The notes: generated from the sequence alone by a model not told the origin. A stretch of DNA of 64,000 nt from SAR202 cluster bacterium (GCA_009392295.1 VFGW01000006.1:27721-91720); one strand, 5' to 3'; counted from the stretch's first letter, positions 39,374 to 49,649 are shown. A program made the numbers and translations.

Positions 39374-40973
39374 CACCATCATTTTAAATGGAATTATAAT
39401 TGATGGCACAAAAAAAAGTAGATATCATTCTGACATAGGTATCTATAATGGAAATATTAAAGCAATCGGAAACTTAAATAATTCTGAAGCGAAAAATTTC
39501 ATAAATGCTGAAAATCTAATTGTTTCCCCTGGTTTTATAGATATTCACAGCCATTCTGATTTAAGTCTATTGGTTGACCCAGGTGGAGAAAGTAAAGTTC
39601 ACCAAGGTGTTACAACAGAAGTTACAGGCAACTGTAGTCTTTCTCCATTCCCAACCGGTAAAGCTTCTCCTGAAATTTTACAAAAATCTATAGTTGGACA
39701 AATATTAGACTCTGATATAAATTGGAAATGGAAGACTTTAGATGATTGGGCACAAAATTTAGAATCTAACGGATTAAGTATTAATATTGCCCCTCAGGTT
39801 GGTCAAGCTGCATTACAAATTGCTACTGGAGCAACTAAAAATCAACCAGCTACTAAAAAACAAATTGAAGAAATGAAATTTTTATTAATAGAAACTATTG
39901 AACAAGGTGCGTTCTCACTTTCTACAGGACTTTCATTAGCACCATCCATATATTCTTCAACAAATGAGATTATTGAATTATGCAAATCTATTTCTCAATT
40001 TCCTGATATTTTTTATGCAACACATGCAAGAGAAGCACCTGGGAATCAATTTAAAATGATTGAAGAAGCCATTCAAATAGGACAACAAGCAAATATACCC
40101 GTTCAATTTTCTCATATAGCTATAATTGATCACAGATTTTATGGGTCAGGTCCAAAAATGATTCGATTATTTGAAAAAGCATTTTCTGGAGGGCTCGATA
40201 TTTCATATGACATTTATCCATACACTGCTGCTGGAGCTGGCTTAAATCAAGCAGTTCCAACATGGGCTCAATCTGGTACTATAAATGAATACTTAAAAAG
40301 AATTAAAAACTCTAAAAATAGGGAGAAAATTAAATCTGAAATCACAAATGGAATAGGTGGACTCAAACAAAAATGGAGTAATTGGATTATTTCAGATATA
40401 AAAAATACAAATAATAAAAATATATTAGGTCTTTCAATCGAAGAAATCTCTCATCAAAGAAACATTTCTCCTGCAGAAACAATTCTTCAAATTATTGAAG
40501 AAGAAAGAGGTGCAGTACCCACAACAGTACATAATAGATTGGAATCTGATGTTAAATATTTTCTGTCACATGAACTAGCTATGATAGGATCTGATGGAAA
40601 TGCAATTTCTCCAAATGGATTTTATAAAAATTCAATTCCTCATCCTAGATTTTATGGAACATTTCCAAGAATACTGGGTAGATATACTAAAGGAAACAAG
40701 AAAATATTATCTTTAGAAAATGCAATCTATAAAATGTCTGGATTTCCAGCAAAGCGCCTAAAAATGAAAAAAAGAGGGACTATAAAAATCAACAACATAG
40801 CTGATTTAGTTATATTTAATCCAGAAACAATAATAGATCAAGCAACTTTTGAAAATCCCCATCAATATTCAATCGGAATTCATCATGTGTTAGTGAATGG
40901 AATTTCAGTAATAAAAAATGGAAAACATACTAATGCAATTCCAGGTAAAGTTCTTAGAAGAGGAAAAACTTAA
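39366..40973 (+). CDS. N-acyl-D-amino-acid deacylase (D-aminoacylase)
   Basis: PGFIDIHSHSD, QGVTTEVTGNC, YPYTAA, IGSDG and HPRFYGTFPR. Confidence 0.9.
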   Translation: MFDTIILNGIIIDGTKKSRYHSDIGIYNGNIKAIGNLNNSEAKNFINAENLIVSPGFIDIHSHSDLSLLVDPGGESKVHQGVTTEVTGNCSLSPFPTGKASPEILQKSIVGQILDSDINWKWKTLDDWAQNLESNGLSINIAPQVGQAALQIATGATKNQPATKKQIEEMKFLLIETIEQGAFSLSTGLSLAPSIYSSTNEIIELCKSISQFPDIFYATHAREAPGNQFKMIEEAIQIGQQANIPVQFSHIAIIDHRFYGSGPKMIRLFEKAFSGGLDISYDIYPYTAAGAGLNQAVPTWAQSGTINEYLKRIKNSKNREKIKSEITNGIGGLKQKWSNWIISDIKNTNNKNILGLSIEEISHQRNISPAETILQIIEEERGAVPTTVHNRLESDVKYFLSHELAMIGSDGNAISPNGFYKNSIPHPRFYGTFPRILGRYTKGNKKILSLENAIYKMSGFPAKRLKMKKRGTIKINNIADLVIFNPETIIDQATFENPHQYSIGIHHVLVNGISVIKNGKHTNAIPGKVLRRGKT

Positions 40974-41029
40974 TTAGATATTCTTAAAAAAATTTGGCAA
41001 TACACGCATATAATTAATCTTTCATTTTA

Positions 41030-41104
41030 TGGAGCGGGAGACGGGATTCGAACCCGCGACACCCTGCTTGGAAGGCAGGAACTCTTCCGCTGAGTTACTC
41101 CCGC
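41030..41104 (-). tRNA. tRNA-Gly (anticodon TCC)
   Basis: Reverse complement GCGGGAG...CCTGC-CTTCCAA-GCAGG...GGTTCGAATCC...CTCCCGC-T-CCA folds as a cloverleaf. Confidence 0.97.
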
Positions 41105-41146
41105 GTAGGTAAATATTGTACCTCACTTTTAAATTCAACACAAAAA

Positions 41147-42361
41147 TTAAATTGTAAAAGAACTGTGAACTATTTTAACTATATGATTAGCTATAGCCAT
41201 ACTAGACGTTGCTGCTGGAGAAGGTGCATTCAGAACATGTATTGAATTTTTTGTTTGAATTAAATGAAAATCTTGTAAAATTTGCCCCTTGTTATCAACA
41301 GCTTGAGCTCTAACTCCTACACGTCTATTAATTAAATCTTTTGAAGAGATTTCCGGAACCAATTTTTTAAGAGAGTTAACAAATATGGGTTTAATTAAAG
41401 ATCTAATCTGTTCAGAAGTCGCAGTACGAATATTTTTTGCTGCCATTTTCCAAAACCCTAAGAATTTAACTATTTCAAAAGTATCTTTTAAATTTATAGA
41501 AAAAGAACCATATCCTTCTCTAGAAAAAGATAAAACTGCATTAGGTCCAGCTTCAACTGAACCATCGATACGTTTTGTAAAATGAACACCTAAAAATGGA
41601 AATCTTGGATCTGGAACAGGATAAATCAAACCTTTCACAAGCGACCTCGCATCTTTTGCCAATTCAAAATATTCACCACGAAACGGAATGATTTTAGTAC
41701 CATAATCTAATCCCATCATTTTTGCTATCCTGTCAGAATTCAAACCACCACAATTAACTATGTTTTTTGTTTGAAAAGTATCTTTTGAAGTTTGAACATG
41801 TAAAGTTTTTGTATCTACAGAAGTTATTGAATGAATCTCTGAATTCTTAATTATTGAAACACCCAATTCAATACAATCATTAGCAAAATGTTCTGAAACC
41901 ACTTTGAAGTCTACTATGGCAGTTGTTGGACAATAAATACCCATAGAACCTGTAGCATTAGGTTCAAATTTTTTTATCTGATTCCCATCTAATATTTGTA
42001 ATCCTTTGATCCCATTATTTTTACCTCTTTCCATTAAGCTTTTTAGAGATTTTTCTTCAAAAGAATTAGTAGCAACAATCAATTTTCCACTAGGATGAAT
42101 TTCAATGTTTTTTAATGAACAATAATCTTTCAACAATCTTGAGCCAGATAAACAAAATTTTGCTTTCTGTGAACCTGGCTTATAATAAATCCCAGAATGA
42201 ATCACTCCACTATTATGACCAGTTTGATGAAAGGCAATTTCTTTTTCTTTTTCCAAAACTCCAATTTGATATTTTGGATATGCAATTTTCAACGCTCTAG
42301 CGGTAGCTAATCCTACTATTCCTGCACCAATAATTAAAATATCAAATTTTTCAGAAACCAT
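41147..42361 (-). CDS. lhgO: L-2-hydroxyglutarate oxidase
   Basis: GAGIVG, HQTGHNSGVIHSGIYY, PFRGEY, PFLGVH and NAPSPAAT; ATG 42361 follows GGAG. Confidence 0.92.
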   Translation of the reverse strand: MVSEKFDILIIGAGIVGLATARALKIAYPKYQIGVLEKEKEIAFHQTGHNSGVIHSGIYYKPGSQKAKFCLSGSRLLKDYCSLKNIEIHPSGKLIVATNSFEEKSLKSLMERGKNNGIKGLQILDGNQIKKFEPNATGSMGIYCPTTAIVDFKVVSEHFANDCIELGVSIIKNSEIHSITSVDTKTLHVQTSKDTFQTKNIVNCGGLNSDRIAKMMGLDYGTKIIPFRGEYFELAKDARSLVKGLIYPVPDPRFPFLGVHFTKRIDGSVEAGPNAVLSFSREGYGSFSINLKDTFEIVKFLGFWKMAAKNIRTATSEQIRSLIKPIFVNSLKKLVPEISSKDLINRRVGVRAQAVDNKGQILQDFHLIQTKNSIHVLNAPSPAATSSMAIANHIVKIVHSSFTI

Positions 42362-42485
42362 TGAACACTCCATAACAACAAATTCCATACTGAAATTCTA
42401 TCACTTACAGAATTAAAATTTTACTTAAATTAATTTCATGATATTCTATACAAAATTTTTAATGCAAAATATAGGAATAAAATTA

Positions 42486-43208
42486 ATGACAAAATTATTA
42501 TGCCATGAAGATAGCTACATAAAATCTTTTTGTTCAAAAATTATAAATATTAACAATAAAGGATTAGTTCTTGACGAAACAGCATTTTATCCAGGTGGTG
42601 GAGGCCAACCGTTTGACACAGGTGAAATCAAATATAAATCTGAAATTTTTGAAGTTAAAAAAATTTCCAAAATAAATGGTGAAATTACTCACGAAATACA
42701 AAATTTCAAGCCAGAAAAAGTTCAGATAGGTGAAATCATTACGGGTGAGCTTGACTGGAACAGACGATATCAATTGATGAGAACGCACACTGCTTTGCAC
42801 ATTATGTGTGGAATAGTTTGGCGAGATTATAATGCACATGTTACAGGAGGTGATATGAAACCTCTAAAGGCAAGAATGGATTTCGAACTCGAAAAAATGT
42901 CATCTACTTTTGCACATGAAATTGAAGAAAAAGTAAATTTAGAAATCCAGTCCAAAAAAAATATTACTATAGATTTTATTCATAGAGAAGAAGCTCTGAA
43001 AATCCCTGATTTAATTAGAACAAAAATAAATCTTATCCCTGAGTCTATAAATATTATCAGAACAGTAAATATTGAAAGCTTAGATTTACAAGCTGATGGT
43101 GGTACACATGTAAATAACACAAAAGAAGTAGGCGCAATACGAGTCACAGGGCATGAAAGTAAAGGGAAAATCAACAAACGAATTCGTATCGAAATACTAA
43201 ACATATAA
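42486..43208 (+). CDS. alaX: Free-standing alanyl-tRNA editing protein (AlaX-M)
   Basis: FYPGGGGQPFDTG, MRTHTALH and DGGTHV. Confidence 0.9.
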   Translation: MTKLLCHEDSYIKSFCSKIININNKGLVLDETAFYPGGGGQPFDTGEIKYKSEIFEVKKISKINGEITHEIQNFKPEKVQIGEIITGELDWNRRYQLMRTHTALHIMCGIVWRDYNAHVTGGDMKPLKARMDFELEKMSSTFAHEIEEKVNLEIQSKKNITIDFIHREEALKIPDLIRTKINLIPESINIIRTVNIESLDLQADGGTHVNNTKEVGAIRVTGHESKGKINKRIRIEILNI

Positions 43209-43234
43209 CTTTTAAATCAATTAATTGCTCTAAT

Positions 43235-44158
43235 TTATTTACTGAAGTTATTTTTGAACCATTCTGATGTCTTATTCAAACCTTCTTCCAGAGAAATTTT
43301 TGGGGCCCAATCTAAATATGACTTTGCTTTATCATTGGACAAAATTATACGATTTATATCACCTGATATTTTGCTTTTAAATTGAGGTGAATCTTTATAT
43401 AAAGTTTGAGTACATAATATTTTAAAAATCTCATTCACACTAGCACCTACTCCAGAGCTTATGTTAACTGTAAATGAAGAGGTGGATTTTAATGCAATTT
43501 CAACAGCATCCACAACATCAGAGATGAAAATAAAATCACGAACCTGTTCACCATCGCCATATATTTCAACAACATTATTTAAAAACATTTTTGATAAAAA
43601 TATTGCAACTACACCACTAGCACCAGTATGGTCTTGCCTTGGGCCGTACACATTACCCAATCTCAAGACTTTCTTTAAAATTGGTTCTGGCAAAATCAAA
43701 TCCATATATCTTTCTAAAGTCCATTTGCTTAGTCCATATGGACTTATCGGGTTAATTGGATGTATTTCATCACAAGGCAGATATTTAGGTTCACCATAAA
43801 GGGCTCCCCCAGTTCCTAGATATAATATTTGCCTCACGTTAGAATCAATTGCAATTTTCAATAAATTCAATCCAGATATTATATTATTTTTTGCATCAAA
43901 AATTGGATCTGACTCAGAATCTTTAACAGAAATTTGAGCAGCACAATGTATAATTGCTTCTGGCTGAAATTTTAAAAATATATTTTTTAAATTTGATGAA
44001 TCAATATCAACATTTTCAAATTCAGCATATTGATTTAAATATTCGATTCTGCCAGTACTAAGATTATCTAAAACCAATACCTCCTCACCGTTAAGAATTA
44101 ATCTATCTACAATAGAAGAACCTATAAATCCTGCTCCCCCTGTAACAACTATTTTCAT
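43235..44158 (-). CDS. NAD-dependent epimerase/dehydratase (UDP-glucose 4-epimerase-like)
   Basis: TGGAGFIG, YGLSK, NVYGPRQ and RDFI. Confidence 0.9.
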   Translation of the reverse strand: MKIVVTGGAGFIGSSIVDRLILNGEEVLVLDNLSTGRIEYLNQYAEFENVDIDSSNLKNIFLKFQPEAIIHCAAQISVKDSESDPIFDAKNNIISGLNLLKIAIDSNVRQILYLGTGGALYGEPKYLPCDEIHPINPISPYGLSKWTLERYMDLILPEPILKKVLRLGNVYGPRQDHTGASGVVAIFLSKMFLNNVVEIYGDGEQVRDFIFISDVVDAVEIALKSTSSFTVNISSGVGASVNEIFKILCTQTLYKDSPQFKSKISGDINRIILSNDKAKSYLDWAPKISLEEGLNKTSEWFKNNFSK

Positions 44159-44211
44159 TTTAAATCCTATTCAAATATATTTTTTAAAATTGAATTTTTC
44201 AAAAATTATTA

Positions 44212-45618
44212 TTAATTCTTAAAAATAATTATACCTACAAAAATTTGATCTGAATTATTAGTAATTTTACATGATAAATTTGATTGTATCTCAAAAACAT
44301 CAAATGGCAGTAATTCAAAAATTTTATTACACATTTCGATTTCTACTTTACCATTAATACCTATACATTTTTTCAGAACTAACCTTAACAAATCTAATGG
44401 GATTGAGAATCCTGGATTAAGTAAAAATTTCTTACAAATCATATCATCGGACTCATGAATTATTTCATAAGAACCCCATTTTTCTTCCACATAAATTGGG
44501 CTATCTACTTCTTTTCTATCTTCAGATTTTAATAAACCAACAACACTTTTCAACTGATCAAGTTTTTCAAAAGATGAAACGATTGTTGCATCTTTTGAAT
44601 CAATAAATACAATATTTTGTAAGCCTAAAGAAACTAAAAGTTTATTTCTAGACATCACAATAGAATCTTTAGAGTCAATCGCTACTACATCTCCATCTAA
44701 TAAATTACCATCTTGATTTTTATCTGCAAAATCATGTATGGAATCCCAAGAACCAAGATCTAGCCATTCAGAGCTTAAAGACACTACAAAACAACTAGGC
44801 AAAAAAGGGTCTTTTAAGTTGTGTTTTGGCAACAACTCTAAAACGGCATAATCAATTGACTCTGGTGAAATATTTTTAAAATTATTTTTATCAAGATATA
44901 AAAAGCCATCTTCAAAATTTCCATTTTCTAAAGATTTTTTACAATAATTTTCAATTTCAGGTCTAAAAGATTTAATTAAATTGATCCAAACTGAAGCTTT
45001 CAACATTAAAATACCAGAATTCCAATAATGTATCCCTGATTTGAAAAATGATTTTGCAGATTCAATACTTGGTTTTTCTATAAAATCTTCTACAAGAGAA
45101 ATATCTTCACATAAATCAATATCATTATTTTTTACTTTAATATAACCAAATTGAGTATCAGGTGATTTTGGTTTAATAGAAAAAAGAACAACATTACCAT
45201 CTTGAGCATACTTATAACCACGATAAATATCATCATAAAATTTCTCAGAATTAAAAATAATATGATCTGAAGGTGCTAATAAAACTATAGAATCACCTTG
45301 ATCTCTTAAAATTTTCATACAAGCAATAGTCAATGAGGGAGCAGTATTTTTAGCCACAGGTTCTAAAATAATATCTGCATTATTATAATTGATTTCATTC
45401 AACTGCCTCTTCAACAATATACGATGTTTTTCATTACCTATTATTGTTACATTTTCCAAATCTTGTAATCGTGAAATAGTTTTCTGAAATAAAGAATCTT
45501 GTTTATCAAAACTTAAAAAAGGTTTAGGATAAAGAAATCTAGAAACAGGCCAAAGCCTTTCCCCTGAACCCCCAGCCAAAACAACAGGAAAAATCTTTTT
45601 TAAATCATAATATGACAT
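44212..45618 (-). CDS. manC: Mannose-1-phosphate guanylyltransferase with a degenerate C-terminal PMI/cupin domain
   Basis: LAGGSGERLWPVSR..PK, FIEKP, WNSG and WLDLGSW. Confidence 0.85.
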   Translation of the reverse strand: MSYYDLKKIFPVVLAGGSGERLWPVSRFLYPKPFLSFDKQDSLFQKTISRLQDLENVTIIGNEKHRILLKRQLNEINYNNADIILEPVAKNTAPSLTIACMKILRDQGDSIVLLAPSDHIIFNSEKFYDDIYRGYKYAQDGNVVLFSIKPKSPDTQFGYIKVKNNDIDLCEDISLVEDFIEKPSIESAKSFFKSGIHYWNSGILMLKASVWINLIKSFRPEIENYCKKSLENGNFEDGFLYLDKNNFKNISPESIDYAVLELLPKHNLKDPFLPSCFVVSLSSEWLDLGSWDSIHDFADKNQDGNLLDGDVVAIDSKDSIVMSRNKLLVSLGLQNIVFIDSKDATIVSSFEKLDQLKSVVGLLKSEDRKEVDSPIYVEEKWGSYEIIHESDDMICKKFLLNPGFSIPLDLLRLVLKKCIGINGKVEIEMCNKIFELLPFDVFEIQSNLSCKITNNSDQIFVGIIIFKN

Positions 45619-45649
45619 TTTAAATTCAACAAAAATGCTATAGTAATTT

Positions 45650-47941
45650 CTATTTTAATCTAGTATCAATTTCAGCTTTCAATTCAATAATTTTATTACC
45701 AACAAATTGATTACTCTTAATATGTAATTCAACCAACGAAGAAGCAAGTTGAATTTCATTTCTCATTAAATGATGTCTAGCCCTCAGATAAATCGTTCTG
45801 TCAGTTTGGGGTGCAATTAAACTAATTAATTCTATAGCTTTACTTTCTTCAATCAAAAAATTATTTCCATTAAATATCTCTTGTTGAAATTGATCAGTAA
45901 ATACAAACAATAGCGATGTTAAATGAACTAATGAAGCTGGATCTTGATCTATATATTCAACAAGATCCTTAAAACCTTCTTTCAGGTTTCTTTCAGCAAA
46001 ATTTTGTAACGCTTTAACCTGAAGAATTTCAATGCGATTTGGAGAAATTTTTTCTGCACGATCAACCAATTCTGAAGATTTTAAAAGCAAACTTGAGTTA
46101 TAACTTGCAGAATATTGATAAATCCCTGCAGATGCTACATATATTCGCCAATCATAAGGATCTTCAACAATACCTGCTATTTGAGTGTCATGTACAAAAT
46201 CTATAATCAAATCAAATTCTTTTTGGTCAATAGTACTGAAGTCAGCTAGTACTTGATTCAAAAACATCATTCTATAATGATTAGCAAGAGGTGGAAATGA
46301 ATTAATTGAATCACTATAAATATCAACTCGAGTAGTCCAATCTAATTGAGGATTAATAGCTTTTATAATATTTTTTGAACCTTTAAATATAGGAATATTT
46401 ACAAAGAATATCAGAAAAATAGAAATTATAATCCCACTGATTCCAAAACTTAAATTTATATACCTAACAATAGAAAAAGAATTTAAAAGTTTTTTATAGT
46501 TAGAAAATATTTTATTAAACTGTTTTAAAGATCTTTTAATTAGTGAAATTTGATTAGAATTCAAATCAACATAAGAAATAAAAGCAATCAAAATAAAAAT
46601 CTGTAACTTAGAAACATGTGTCTCTTCAATAAAAATAATTTGAAAAAAATAACTGACAAGTGCACCAAAAATCACGATCAAAAATATCTGTCTATCTTTA
46701 TCAAATTTCTGAATGTTACGAATCAATGAATAAAAAATTGACCCCCATAAAACTAGAATACTTATGAAACCAAATATTCCCAAGGAAATTATTTTTTCTA
46801 CAAAATAATTGTAAGCCATTTGGCCACCATTATAAAAATAAATAGAAAAATTTGTACCAATATTAGACTCAAATGCAGTCAAAAAATTTCCAGGACCCCA
46901 ACCAAAAATAGGCCTAGATAACAAAGAACTCAACTGCACTGATAAATGTCCAAAATAACTAAGTCCTCCACTTTGATATCCAGCAATTAAAGAATCAAAT
47001 TGATTGTTAAAATCAACCAAGGAAGCTAATAAAACCGGTACAAGAACCAAAAAACAAATTGCAAAAGTTCTATAAAGATTAACTTTACCATACAAAAGAT
47101 AGAGACCGCTAAAAGCAATAATTCCCAATGAAAAAGTAATCCAATGAAAATCAATTGCAACAAAATAAAAAAGTACCAATGTTAATACCAAACAAATAGA
47201 CCAAAATATTCTTGGTGTAAATAAGCTATCAAACACAGGCGCATCCAATTTTTTAGAAGCTCTTCGTTTAGAAGCCCTAGTAGTTATAATCTCACCTTTA
47301 TCAGCAAGAAATGAACTAGATAAAAGTGCAAATGCAATAAAAAAATTAATCGATAAATAAAATGCTACATAACTAGAATTACCTAAAGTTACAGGATTTT
47401 CAATACCAGACAAAATAAATGGAACTGAATCTAAACCTAAGACGTCTAACAAGCCAATAAAGACAAAAATCAAACCAATAATTAATTGATAATTGAAATA
47501 TTTTATCCAGTCATTCCAATTATGATGAATAGAAATCAATATCAAAAAATATACAAACCAATGAAATAAATCAATTGAGCCTTGCATAATATCTAAAGTT
47601 GACCAAAAACTTTTATTTATATCTACAGAAAAAAGAGAGGATACAACAGATATAAATAAAAACAAACTCAAAGAAAAAAATAAAAGTGAACTTCTTGGTT
47701 TAAATTTTGAATTTATAAAAAGTAATAAAATCCACAAGACCAACATAACTTCTATAGTAATTCTAAAAAATAATACCTTGCCGATCAAATAAGGAAAAAT
47801 TGTATCAGGTAAAGGAGCTACACTAACTACAAGTGGTAGCAACAAAACAAAAACTAGCAAAAACCGTAGTAAAGTTACCAAAAAATTTTCATAAATCTCT
47901 GTTCGAGTAAAATTTGGCAAAAATATTTTTGTAGACAACAT
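45650..47941 (-). CDS. O-antigen ligase/polymerase-like polytopic membrane protein with a helical C-terminal domain
   Basis: More than 10 TM segments, TLGNSSY and RPIFGWGPGNF; upstream of manC and the epimerase. Confidence 0.68.
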   Translation of the reverse strand: MLSTKIFLPNFTRTEIYENFLVTLLRFLLVFVLLLPLVVSVAPLPDTIFPYLIGKVLFFRITIEVMLVLWILLLFINSKFKPRSSLLFFSLSLFLFISVVSSLFSVDINKSFWSTLDIMQGSIDLFHWFVYFLILISIHHNWNDWIKYFNYQLIIGLIFVFIGLLDVLGLDSVPFILSGIENPVTLGNSSYVAFYLSINFFIAFALLSSSFLADKGEIITTRASKRRASKKLDAPVFDSLFTPRIFWSICLVLTLVLFYFVAIDFHWITFSLGIIAFSGLYLLYGKVNLYRTFAICFLVLVPVLLASLVDFNNQFDSLIAGYQSGGLSYFGHLSVQLSSLLSRPIFGWGPGNFLTAFESNIGTNFSIYFYNGGQMAYNYFVEKIISLGIFGFISILVLWGSIFYSLIRNIQKFDKDRQIFLIVIFGALVSYFFQIIFIEETHVSKLQIFILIAFISYVDLNSNQISLIKRSLKQFNKIFSNYKKLLNSFSIVRYINLSFGISGIIISIFLIFFVNIPIFKGSKNIIKAINPQLDWTTRVDIYSDSINSFPPLANHYRMMFLNQVLADFSTIDQKEFDLIIDFVHDTQIAGIVEDPYDWRIYVASAGIYQYSASYNSSLLLKSSELVDRAEKISPNRIEILQVKALQNFAERNLKEGFKDLVEYIDQDPASLVHLTSLLFVFTDQFQQEIFNGNNFLIEESKAIELISLIAPQTDRTIYLRARHHLMRNEIQLASSLVELHIKSNQFVGNKIIELKAEIDTRLK

Positions 47942-48069
47942 ATATATAATTCTATAATTCCAAATGTATATTGGTCAAAATATAAATTTACTACAACCAC
48001 GCAACTAATGTCTATAGATTAGCCTAATAGAGACGAGATAAACTACCACCTCAGGTTAAACTGCTACAT

Positions 48070-48108
48070 ACTTGGAGTTATTCTGTAAACAACAGGATAA
48101 CTCCAAGT
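48070..48108. terminator. 17-bp hairpin (terminator or 3' end of an sRNA)
   Basis: ACTTGGAGTTATTCTGT-AAACA-ACAGGATAACTCCAAGT; one U-G pair on the + strand; followed by TT. Confidence 0.7.
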
Positions 48109-48109
48109 T

Positions 48110-48250
48110 TCAGCTGAATATAAAAAACACTAATATTGCCCCTAAAATAAAACCACTAAATCCTGCATGCCATAGCATTTGATAATCAGATATACCAGTT
48201 TTATTTTGCCAATTATGGATTATTTGTTTATGCCATTTGATTAACTTCAT
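48110..48250 (-). CDS. Small membrane protein, 46 aa (absent from the ORF track)
   Basis: MKLIKWHKQIIHNWQNKTGISDYQMLWHAGFSGFILGAILVFFIFS*; TGTATAAT 8 nt upstream. Confidence 0.65.
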   Translation of the reverse strand: MKLIKWHKQIIHNWQNKTGISDYQMLWHAGFSGFILGAILVFFIFS

Positions 48251-48312
48251 AATCTCAAATTATACACCACTTCTGATTAGGCAGACTTCTTAATTAGTTG
48301 TATACTTGAACA

Positions 48313-48405
48313 ATGAATTTACGAGAAGATTGGTTTTATTGGTTAATAGTTATTGTAGTATTCGTAGCAATACTCATTTTTGATATTTGGAGACTAAATT
48401 GGTAA
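48313..48405 (+). CDS. Small single-TM protein, 30 aa (absent from the ORF track)
   Basis: MNLREDWFYWLIVIVVFVAILIFDIWRLNW*; TATACT 6 nt upstream. Confidence 0.5.
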   Translation: MNLREDWFYWLIVIVVFVAILIFDIWRLNW

Positions 48406-48438
48406 ATCTTACTTTCAACAATTTCCCTGGAGTAAAAA

Positions 48439-49593
48439 ATGTTTAAAAAATTAAAGAATTGCCATAATTCAAAAGACTTCAGGTCTCTAGCACAACAAAG
48501 AATTCCTTCTCCAATTTTTCATTATATAGATGGTGCAGCTGACGACGAAATCACCCTTCAGCAAAATACTAAAGCTTTTGAAAAATGTGACTTAGTTCCC
48601 AATATATTAAGAGGTGTTGAAAAAATTGATTTGGGTGTAACTTTGATGGGTAAAAAAATCAATTTACCTCTTTTTTTCTCACCTACAGCATTACAAAGAT
48701 TATTTCATCATCAAGGAGAATTAGCCGTTGCTAAAGTTGCTGAAAAATTTGGCACATTTTTCGGAATTTCATCTTTAGCTACTGTAAGTATTGAAGAAAT
48801 AGCTAACAGCTATTCCTCTCCAAAAATGTTTCAATTATATGTACATAAAGATAAAGGGCTTAATAACAGTATGATTGAAAAATGTATAGAGAACAATTTT
48901 GATGCCATAGCTGTAACTGTTGACACAATAGTCTCTGGAAATCGAGAAAGAGATTTTTATACTGGATTTACTTCTCCACCTAAATTAACTTTAGGTAGCT
49001 TAACTAGTTTTGCAACGCACCCTAATTGGACATTAAATTATCTACTTAGAAAAAAATTTGAATTGCCACAATTACAAAATCATGTTAAACAAGGAACTGA
49101 TATTACTGTATCAGTAGGTGATTATTTCAACACAATGTTAGATCAAAATATGAATTGGGAAACTATTGAAGAAATAAAAAAGAAATGGGGAAAACATCTT
49201 TGTATAAAAGGTGTTATGTCAGTTGAAGATGCAAAAAAAGCCGTTGATGTTGGAGCAACTGCAATTATGGTATCCAATCATGGTGGCCGACAATTAGATG
49301 GATCTAGAGCCCCTTTTGATCAATTAGCTGAAATCGTTGATGCCGTCGGAGATAAAATCGATGTAATATGTGATGGTGGTATACGCAGGGGCACACATGT
49401 TTTAAAAGCCTTATCAGTCGGTGCAAAAGCATGTTCTGGTGGTAGAATGTATCTTTATGCTTTAGCAGGTGCCGGAGAACAAGGAGTTTCAAAAGCCATG
49501 GGACTTATGAAAGAAGAAATAGAACGAGGCATGAAATTGATGGGCTGTAAATCGATTAAGGAATTAGGACGACATAATTTAAGATTTCGATGA
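48439..49593 (+). CDS. lldD: FMN-dependent alpha-hydroxy acid dehydrogenase (L-lactate dehydrogenase-like)
   Basis: YIDGAA, FQLY, GNRERD, VSNHGGRQLD and DGGIRRG. Confidence 0.85.
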   Translation: MFKKLKNCHNSKDFRSLAQQRIPSPIFHYIDGAADDEITLQQNTKAFEKCDLVPNILRGVEKIDLGVTLMGKKINLPLFFSPTALQRLFHHQGELAVAKVAEKFGTFFGISSLATVSIEEIANSYSSPKMFQLYVHKDKGLNNSMIEKCIENNFDAIAVTVDTIVSGNRERDFYTGFTSPPKLTLGSLTSFATHPNWTLNYLLRKKFELPQLQNHVKQGTDITVSVGDYFNTMLDQNMNWETIEEIKKKWGKHLCIKGVMSVEDAKKAVDVGATAIMVSNHGGRQLDGSRAPFDQLAEIVDAVGDKIDVICDGGIRRGTHVLKALSVGAKACSGGRMYLYALAGAGEQGVSKAMGLMKEEIERGMKLMGCKSIKELGRHNLRFR

Positions 49594-49649
49594 ATTTTAT
49601 TTCTAATATAATTTACTAACAATTACAATCAAAAAGATGGTAATTTAGA

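Noticed and set aside
48048-48063. Minus-strand GAGGTGGTAGTT resembling an ops/JUMPstart or T-box core upstream of the glycan operon
   Set aside because: Mismatches both consensus sequences (GGCGGTAG; TGGNACC) and lacks the flanking elements.
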